From the NCBI GenBank assembly GCA_032128375.1, contig JAQBGU010000084.1, positions 32,001 through 96,000 of the forward strand: DNA of 64,000 nucleotides. The letters are read 5' to 3'. The notes under the pieces are model-generated. The model had not been told where the DNA came from. It saw only the letters and a list, made by a program, of their open reading frames with translations, and did no database searches. The position numbers and the translations under genes were made by a program. The DNA is from Deltaproteobacteria bacterium (GTDB taxonomy: Bacteria > Myxococcota_A > UBA9160 > SMWR01). Within the stretch, counting starts at the first letter, position 1; each line of letters opens with the position of its first letter. Shown piece by piece: positions 57,232-64,000 of the stretch.

Positions 57232-58431
57232 ATGTCCCAGTCCGCAGGTTTCGACTATCCGCTATTCGACGCGGACAATCACTACTACGAATCCACGGAT
57301 TGCTTCACTCGCTACATCGAACCTGGCTACCGCGACAAGGCCATCGCGCTGCGCGAGATTGAGCCGGGGCGCCGGCAACTGTTCATAGGCGACAAGCCGT
57401 TCACGTTTCTGGCCGGTGAGGGATTCGCTGGCCCCAAGGTCGCCAAGGCCGGTTCGCTGCGAGAGATGCTGCGCACCATGAAAACCGGCGTCACGGCCGA
57501 TAGCGCGACCAGCGAGCCGATGCAGCCCGCATATCAGAACCGCGACGCGCGCCTCGCGAAAATGGACGAACAGGGAATCGAGTCTGCGCTGCTGTTTCCG
57601 ACGCTGGCGGTCTGCGTCGAGCACTTCATGAAAGACGACGTAGAGCAGATGTACGCCAATTTTCACGCGTTCAACCGCTGGCTCGACGACGCTTGGGGCT
57701 TCAACTACCGCGATCGGATCTTCGCCCCGCCGCTGTTGAGTCTGCTCGATCGCGATCGCGCGGTCGAAGAGCTCGAGTACGTGCTCGCGCGCGGGGCGCG
57801 AATCGTTGCGCTGCGTCCGGGCCCCGCGTTCGGCAGGTCCCCGGCCGATCCGTATTTCGATCGGTTCTGGTCGATATTGAACGAGGCCCGAGTTCCTGTC
57901 GCGTTCCACATCGCAGAGTCTGGATACAACGAGACGATGAGTGTGCACTGGGGAGAGGAAGAGAACCCGTCCTCACACCGCCAGTCGGCGTTCCAATGGA
58001 GCTGCTTCTACGGCGACCGGCCGATCATCGACACCGTCGCCGCAATGATCTTTCACAACTTGTTCGGTCGGTTTCCAAACGTCAATGTGTTGAGCGTCGA
58101 GAATGGCTCTCTGTGGGTCCCCTACGCGATGAGTGTAATGGACAAGATGAAGGGGATGGGTCGCAACGGTCCCTGGATCGGCGGCTACCTGAAGGGGCGA
58201 CCGAGCGAAGTTCTGAAGCAGCGCGTCTTCGTTTCGCCCTACCACGAGGAGGACATCCCGGCACTGATCGATCGCTTGGGTGTATCACAGGTGTTGTTTG
58301 GTTCTGACTACCCCCACCCGGAAGGCCTTGCACAGCCGGCGGACTTTGCGGAGTCGATCCCCGATCTTTCCGCCAACGAGCTTCGAATGGTGATGCGGGA
58401 AAACACCTATCAGCTGATCCATCCCAACTAG
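57232..58431 (+). CDS. Amidohydrolase_2 family protein
   Basis: FDADNHYYE, LFPTL, VENGS, FGSDYPHPEG. Confidence 0.9.
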   Translation: MSQSAGFDYPLFDADNHYYESTDCFTRYIEPGYRDKAIALREIEPGRRQLFIGDKPFTFLAGEGFAGPKVAKAGSLREMLRTMKTGVTADSATSEPMQPAYQNRDARLAKMDEQGIESALLFPTLAVCVEHFMKDDVEQMYANFHAFNRWLDDAWGFNYRDRIFAPPLLSLLDRDRAVEELEYVLARGARIVALRPGPAFGRSPADPYFDRFWSILNEARVPVAFHIAESGYNETMSVHWGEEENPSSHRQSAFQWSCFYGDRPIIDTVAAMIFHNLFGRFPNVNVLSVENGSLWVPYAMSVMDKMKGMGRNGPWIGGYLKGRPSEVLKQRVFVSPYHEEDIPALIDRLGVSQVLFGSDYPHPEGLAQPADFAESIPDLSANELRMVMRENTYQLIHPN

Positions 58432-58467
58432 CGCGTTTTTCGGCCCATCACTTCAAGAGGAATCGTC

Positions 58468-59823
58468 ATGAGCCAGGCATTCGATCCCGGGGTACCCAAC
58501 GCGCGATATCCGTTTCCCGCGTACCCAAACGGCTGGGCGCGGATCGGCCTGACCGAGGAACTCGGAGTAGGCGACGTTTCACCGATCCGCTACTTCGGTC
58601 GGAATCTCGTGTTGTTCAGAACAGAGTCAGGAGCGGCGCGCGTATTGGACGCGCACTGCCGGCATCTCGGCGCGCACCTCGGCATGGGAGGGACGGTCGC
58701 GGGCGAAAGTATCCGTTGCCCGTTTCATGCCTGGTGTTGGGACGGCGATGGAAACTGCACCGAAATCCCGTACGCGAAGCGAATACCGCCTGGCGCGAAG
58801 ATGGGTGCCTGGCCGGTGTGTGAGCGCAACGGGTTCATCTTCATCCATTATCAACAGGATCAGCATCTGGGTAAGCAAGATGGGCAGCAAGACGCAAGGC
58901 CACCCCATGACGAGGTGCCCGAAATTCCCGAGTACTGCGATTCCGAATGGAGCCCGTTCTCGCGACTGCGCTGGAAGATCCGTGCGCGCAGCTACGACAT
59001 GGGAGAGAACGCGGTCGACGACGTGCACTTTCGCTATCTGCACGGCGCTGCGTCGATGCCTTCGACCGAGCGAGGCGATGTTCGCGGAAGCAGTTCGAAC
59101 TTATCGAAGATGAAACTGGATACGCCGCAAGGCAAGGTCGACGGCTCGATCGAGAGCACGAACGTACCCGGCATGGGCCTCGTCTATGTGCGCGGCATCT
59201 GCGACACGTTGATCGTAATCACCGGAACACCGATCGACGGCGACTACGTGGACCAGATGTTCAGCTATACACAGAAGGTCGGCGAGGACCCCATCAAGGC
59301 GAAGCTCGGCAAAGCGCTGCTGCGCGACCTCGAGAAGCAGATGAACGAAGACATCGTGATGTTCGAGCACAAGCGCTACTTCACGAACCCGCTGCTCGTG
59401 CCGGAAGACGGACCGATCGCGGACTACCGCCGCCGCGCACGAGCGCAGTACGACGGCGACTTCTCCGGGATGGACGGCGGCGATGGCGCGACCGAATCGA
59501 ACCCAGCCAGTCCCATCGCGCGCGACGTGCGGACCCGGGTTTTCGCGGAGCGCGACTTCGACGAACTCGCCAGTTTCCTGCGCGCCACGTTCAAAGCACG
59601 TCAGGTCGAGCGAACAGAAGATGTTGAAAGCGGCGAGGTCGAGCTTCGTCTGTTCGGCCGCGACGACGCGCTGAAGCACTCACTGATCTTCGAACGCGTT
59701 TGCCTCGACCGCAGTGAGCTCGTCGACCTCCGCGGCTATCTCGCCCGACCGCTCGTCAAGAAGGGCATCGCCGCTCATGGAAGCCAGCCGTTTCGAATCC
59801 CGAGCGACCAAGTAGGCCATTGA
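58468..59823 (+). CDS. Rieske oxygenase, KshA/sterol desaturase-like, with C-terminal extension
   Basis: CRHLGAHL..CPFHAW Rieske motif; ENAVDDVHFRYLH iron motif; EDGPIADYRR. Confidence 0.88.
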   Translation: MSQAFDPGVPNARYPFPAYPNGWARIGLTEELGVGDVSPIRYFGRNLVLFRTESGAARVLDAHCRHLGAHLGMGGTVAGESIRCPFHAWCWDGDGNCTEIPYAKRIPPGAKMGAWPVCERNGFIFIHYQQDQHLGKQDGQQDARPPHDEVPEIPEYCDSEWSPFSRLRWKIRARSYDMGENAVDDVHFRYLHGAASMPSTERGDVRGSSSNLSKMKLDTPQGKVDGSIESTNVPGMGLVYVRGICDTLIVITGTPIDGDYVDQMFSYTQKVGEDPIKAKLGKALLRDLEKQMNEDIVMFEHKRYFTNPLLVPEDGPIADYRRRARAQYDGDFSGMDGGDGATESNPASPIARDVRTRVFAERDFDELASFLRATFKARQVERTEDVESGEVELRLFGRDDALKHSLIFERVCLDRSELVDLRGYLARPLVKKGIAAHGSQPFRIPSDQVGH

Positions 59824-61280
59824 TTCGCTTACCTCTGTCGGTACCCCCGTCGACACCCCTGCTGGGTGCGATCTCGAAGTGCAACGTGATTCTGTGCGGC
59901 GCGATTCTGAGCATCTGCGTCTGTGCGAACGCGGCCGAGCGGCCGAACATCGTGCTGATCACGGTCGACACCCTGCGAGCTGATCACTGCCCGGCGTACG
60001 GCCACGCGAATCAGACGGCGCCAGCTTTGCAGCGACTGGCTAGCGCGGGGGCTCTTTTCGAAATGGCCCACGCGCCGACTTCGGAAACCGCGCCCAGCCA
60101 CGCTTCGATATTCACCGGGCTGTACCCCGTATCGCACGGACTTGTCAAGAACGGCTTGAGCCTTTCGCAGGAGCACGAAACACTCGCGGAGACGCTTCTG
60201 GCGAACGGATACCAGACGGCGGGATTCGTCAGTTCGTTCGTGTTGAACCGAAAATTCGGATGGAGCCAGGGTTTCTCGACCTACCGCGACGAATTTGATG
60301 CGTCGGCCGCAACGACGAAATTAGAGTGCTGGGAAAGCCATCCAATCGATGAAGGGTTCGATCAACGCGGTGATGTGACCACCCGAGAGGTGACGCGCTG
60401 GTTGTGGGAGCGCGATCGCGGTCGACCGTTCTTCCTGTTCGTGCACTACTTCGACCCACACAGCCCCTACGAGCCGCCAACCGAGTTCGAACAGCGGTTC
60501 GAACTACCGGAGCCCGGCGAGCCCGGCAGCGTCCGCGCACGCACCGACTGGCGTCGGCTGGTTCGCGCATACGATGGAGAGATCGCGTTTGTCGACCGGG
60601 AGATCGGCCGCCTTCTCGATGTTCTCGATCGCGAAGGGTTGAGCGATGGGACGCTGGTGGTCGTGACGGCCGATCACGGCGAGGGGTTGATGGATCACCA
60701 GTTCATGCTGCACGGAATTGACGTTTATCAGGAATCGGTTCGGGTTCCACTGGTGTTTCGCTGGCCGGACAAGATCACCGCCGGCCAGCTCCATTCGGCG
60801 CCGGTGGAACTCGTAGATCTGGCACCGACCCTCCTCGAGTTCGCGGGCGTCGAGGCGAAACCGGGTCCGGCTTCGCCCGCTGCGCTCGCCGCAGATTTGC
60901 GACCAAGCCCCCGGCATAGCCTCGCGGCGGCGATGCGTGACGGTGCGTCGCTCGATCCGCAACGTCCCGTATTCTTGTACAGGCGCCCATTTCCCGACAC
61001 CCATGAGGATGGCGTCCACGTCAACGGCGAGCAGTATGGGATCCGCGTTGGCAAGTGGAAGCTCATCGTCGGCGAGAAGGAACACCGCCGGGAACTCTAC
61101 GATCTCGAGCGCGATCGAGGCGAGTCGAACAATTTGGCCGTCGAGAATCCCGACAGGATCGCCGAGCTAGAGGGCCGACTCGATCATTTCAAACAGCAAT
61201 ACGGAACGCCTGGCCGCGTTCCGGGGGTTTCCGAGCAGGACCGCAAAGGGCTCGATGCGCTGGGTTACACAATTGAGTAA
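59820..61280 (+). CDS. Sulfatase-superfamily protein (TxPSH type)
   Basis: NIVLITVDTLRAD, ETAPSHASIFTG, HYFDPH, TADHGE, LDALGY. Confidence 0.9.
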   Translation: MIRLPLSVPPSTPLLGAISKCNVILCGAILSICVCANAAERPNIVLITVDTLRADHCPAYGHANQTAPALQRLASAGALFEMAHAPTSETAPSHASIFTGLYPVSHGLVKNGLSLSQEHETLAETLLANGYQTAGFVSSFVLNRKFGWSQGFSTYRDEFDASAATTKLECWESHPIDEGFDQRGDVTTREVTRWLWERDRGRPFFLFVHYFDPHSPYEPPTEFEQRFELPEPGEPGSVRARTDWRRLVRAYDGEIAFVDREIGRLLDVLDREGLSDGTLVVVTADHGEGLMDHQFMLHGIDVYQESVRVPLVFRWPDKITAGQLHSAPVELVDLAPTLLEFAGVEAKPGPASPAALAADLRPSPRHSLAAAMRDGASLDPQRPVFLYRRPFPDTHEDGVHVNGEQYGIRVGKWKLIVGEKEHRRELYDLERDRGESNNLAVENPDRIAELEGRLDHFKQQYGTPGRVPGVSEQDRKGLDALGYTIE

Positions 61281-61287
61281 GATCGGA

Positions 61288-61377
61288 CAATCGAGAGCGT
61301 TTCAATAGAGAGCGTTTCAATAGAGAGCGCATGAATAGAGAGGGCTTCAATAGAGAGGGCTTCAATAGAGAGGGCAT
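61288..61377. repeat. Six tandem 15-bp units between convergent genes
   Basis: caatcgagagcgttt caatagagagcgttt caatagagagcgcat gaatagagagggctt caatagagagggctt caatagagagggcat. Confidence 0.92.
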
Positions 61378-61391
61378 CCAACCCGGGCCAC

Positions 61392-63119
61392 TCACTGGTC
61401 CATTGCCCGCTTCGCTCGCGCCTCGCGCTGCTTGGCTCTGGCGCTTTCCATCTCTGCCAGGATGACGGCTTGCAGCGGGCCCCCAACGCGCGCGGATCGT
61501 TCGAAGAAATCAATGGCGTGCTCGTATTCACCGCGAACCAGGTACGCAGTGGCGACCGAACGGAGCCACGGCTGTGTCTGCAACTGATGGCTTTGCGCGT
61601 GCGCGATCCATTGCAGCGCGACGTCATCGACCAGCCGACGGAAGCTCTCGTGACCCCGGACCCGAAGGAAGGCCGGATCGTTACTGAAATTGCGAACGAA
61701 GCCGAGCCCGCGATCCAACGCTTTCCGCAACTCGGAAACCGTGGTTTCTACATCCCCCTTGCTCGCGGCGACGACGGCCCGCCAGTACGAGGCCGTACCA
61801 CCGTGCGGAAAGTGAGCTGCCGAATCGCGGACCAGTAGGATTTCCTGTTGCCACAGCGGTGCTCGCGCATGGCTGCGGAGCGAGAAGCCGAGAACCACGA
61901 CGAGGCTAGCGGCGATGGCGACGCGCGTGGCCCAGCTCGCGGCAGTCGCGCGACGCTTCGAGGGGGCGCCGTTCGATACCGCTAGCCAACGCGAACGAAA
62001 CGTTTGCGCCAAAAGCAACGTGCCGCCGATCAGACCCGGAAGAATGAAATACAGGTAGCGGTCGGCCATCGGATGCAGGAAGGGCGAGAGCTGTGAGATG
62101 GGTAGATAGGACGCGCCGGCTGCGAGCCAGTAGGCGGCTTCCTCTCTGCGCGCCCGCAGCGCCGCGACAGTGCGCCACGCGAACAGCAATCCGGCGATCA
62201 CGCCCGCGATCCACCAGGGGTCGGTCGCGGAAAGCACCGGGTTGGGCTCATGAAATGCAGAGATCCCGATCGAAGTAGCCGCCATCAACAAATAGCGTGC
62301 GCCGATTGCGCCGATCGTCTGCACATGGACCCGGACGTCCGAGAACGCGGCGACTTCGATCCCGCCTGAAGACCGATGCGCTGCGAGTTCTGGCACCGCG
62401 AATAGCGCGAGCAGCAACAGCCAGACTCCGAGCCACGCCCAATCACGTCGAGTCCCTCCGCGCGCCCAGCAAAGGCCAGCCGCCCACGGAAGCGCGGTCG
62501 CCGCGGAGGCTTTGCTCAGCAATCCGAATACGAACAGAGACGCTGCGAGTTTCGGGAAACGTCGATGTGCGAGCACGGCACCCATACAAGCCGCGAGTGC
62601 CAGACTCGTCTTGAGCTGTGACATCCAGGCGACGACTTCAACGTTGGTTGGGTGAACCGCAAAGATCGCGCCGCCCAGCACCGCACCCAGAAGTGGAAGT
62701 CGGGATCTGCGAAGCAATGCGACCAACAGAACCGAGTTGAGCCCGTGGACCAGCACGTTGATGACGTGGTACCCGAATGTGTCGTTTCCAAACGCGTGGC
62801 GTTCCAGCGCGTGCGTGAGCAGCAGAACCGGCGCGTAGTTCACGCCGTGGAGCATCGCGGCACCGAATGGATCGAGGATCTCGATCAGGTTCTCGGCGTT
62901 CAGTGGATTGAGGTACGGATGGTTGATGATCAAGACGAAGTCGTCGTTGATGAAATCGCCGTGCAGTGCGGGCTGCAGCAGCGTGAAGCTGATCAAAGCG
63001 AAGATTCCGAACAGCGCGAGCGCCTGGCGGAGCGACAGCGCGACTTCCGGGTCTACGCCCCCCGCGGCAGCTTCCTCGAGCGGCTCGCGGTTACCCTTTT
63101 CGACTTCTCGTACGTCCAT
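61392..63119 (-). CDS. TMTC-like GT-C protein O-glycosyltransferase with C-terminal TPR-like region
   Basis: FINDD, YHVINVLVHGLN, FAVHPTNVEVVAW, LLSKAS, MADRYLY. Confidence 0.85.
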   Translation of the reverse strand: MDVREVEKGNREPLEEAAAGGVDPEVALSLRQALALFGIFALISFTLLQPALHGDFINDDFVLIINHPYLNPLNAENLIEILDPFGAAMLHGVNYAPVLLLTHALERHAFGNDTFGYHVINVLVHGLNSVLLVALLRRSRLPLLGAVLGGAIFAVHPTNVEVVAWMSQLKTSLALAACMGAVLAHRRFPKLAASLFVFGLLSKASAATALPWAAGLCWARGGTRRDWAWLGVWLLLLALFAVPELAAHRSSGGIEVAAFSDVRVHVQTIGAIGARYLLMAATSIGISAFHEPNPVLSATDPWWIAGVIAGLLFAWRTVAALRARREEAAYWLAAGASYLPISQLSPFLHPMADRYLYFILPGLIGGTLLLAQTFRSRWLAVSNGAPSKRRATAASWATRVAIAASLVVVLGFSLRSHARAPLWQQEILLVRDSAAHFPHGGTASYWRAVVAASKGDVETTVSELRKALDRGLGFVRNFSNDPAFLRVRGHESFRRLVDDVALQWIAHAQSHQLQTQPWLRSVATAYLVRGEYEHAIDFFERSARVGGPLQAVILAEMESARAKQREARAKRAMDQ

Positions 63120-63157
63120 CGCGCGGGAATCCTAACAGGTCGCGATTCGGCTTCAGC

Positions 63158-63490
63158 TCACTGTGTCCCGTAGCCGAGAGCTTCGATGCGTTTCATTTCG
63201 GCATCTGTGAGCTCGACTGGCGCAGCTTCGGCAACGGAACCAGAACCGACGGGTGTCGAGTTGTCCGGTCTCGCGTAAGCATGCGAACGGACGCACTAGA
63301 GTCCTTGTCGGTCTGCTGGATTCCCGCATCGTAGAGGTCGATCAGGTGGTCGGCGTCCTCTGAGTTGATCTCGCCCCGGCCGCGTCTGAAATTCAGTAAC
63401 TCTCGAAGACCTCGCGGTGTTCGGAGTGTGCCGCGTCGTCGCTATGAGCATCGTAGTAGTGCCTGAACAAGAACAACGGCCGCTCGCGGG
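63158..63490 (-). pseudogene. Decayed sulfatase-family gene
   Basis: Three short segments in different frames: ERPLFLFRHYYDAHSD / HLIDLYDAGIQQTD / ELTDAEMKRIEALGY-stop. Confidence 0.7.
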
Positions 63491-63709
63491 GCCCTCGTGA
63501 GTCCGTACTTCATGGAGACCTCACATCGTGTGTTGGCAGAGTGTGTCGGGGAGAATCGGATGGGTGAGTGTCTGGGGGTCGTGAGAACTTCGCAGAAAAA
63601 CTCCCAAGAAGCCCGAGCAGTCGAGCACCACAGACCCCCGGATAGCCAGCCCCTGGAGAAAACGTGGTATGTCTCTAACGGGACTCTCATCAGCGAAGGA
63701 ACCCCCTCG

Positions 63710-64000
63710 ATGGAACCTGCCAAGCCGAGCTTCGATCCGAAAGCCGTCCTGGACGAGGCGCGACGCAGAACGGGCCTCCACGATTTCGGCGACGACGCGT
63801 TCCTGGAGCCGATGCGGCGACTGCTCATCGCGCTCGAGGGCGAGGCGCGGCTGAACGAAATCGGCCGTGTCACCCAGTTCGAGCGCATCGTCGGCTTGCT
63901 GGTCAATCGACTGCGTACAGAAGAAGCTGTTCGGCGCGATCCAGAGATCCTCGGAGAGGTCATCGATCGGCCGTTTGCGATTGTCGGGCTCGGCCGCACT
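63710..64000 (+). CDS. Sulfotransferase family protein, 5' part (runs off the window)
   Basis: MEPAKP..RTGLHDFGDDAF..EARLNEIG..LVNRL..RPFAIVGLGRT, ending at the start of the PAPS-binding loop. Confidence 0.85.
   Translation, partial: MEPAKPSFDPKAVLDEARRRTGLHDFGDDAFLEPMRRLLIALEGEARLNEIGRVTQFERIVGLLVNRLRTEEAVRRDPEILGEVIDRPFAIVGLGRT

Noticed and set aside
61288..61377. Possible CRISPR array
   Set aside because: Units are 15 bp and contiguous, with no unique spacers and no cas genes in the window.

Overview
GC-rich bacterial chromosomal segment. Gene content (Tad locus, FlhG-HTH fusion, PEP-CTERM protein, several sulfatase-family and GT-C proteins) resembles Myxococcota/deltaproteobacterial genomes; this is inference, not a taxonomic assignment. 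Positions 1-9.6 kb hold a Tad/Flp pilus locus split into two divergent operons, with a clean sigma-54 promoter ahead of flp. Next come an imuA-imuB cassette with no adjacent dnaE2 and housekeeping genes (purN, metF, PfkB kinase, cca, pepN). The rest is mostly accessory lipid/redox/sulfate metabolism interspersed with about eight gene remnants. The best finding is at 34947-35963, where two ORFs in the six-frame track are one reading frame interrupted by an in-frame TGA in the rhodanese active-site loop (YCT-U-PE). A bacterial-SECIS-like hairpin follows directly, and the frame continues into a complete class III nucleotide cyclase. This is a candidate selenoprotein rhodanese-cyclase sensor. Other notable items are a remnant of an NTAQ1-like N-terminal glutamine amidohydrolase, a motif-degenerate 5'-nucleotidase, a DUF2339-DUF3999-like fusion, a lipoprotein with a JAB/MPN-like motif and a His/Cys-repeat lipoprotein. 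I saw no rRNA, tRNA, CRISPR array or intact mobile element. All family calls come from motif recognition by eye; no searches were run.
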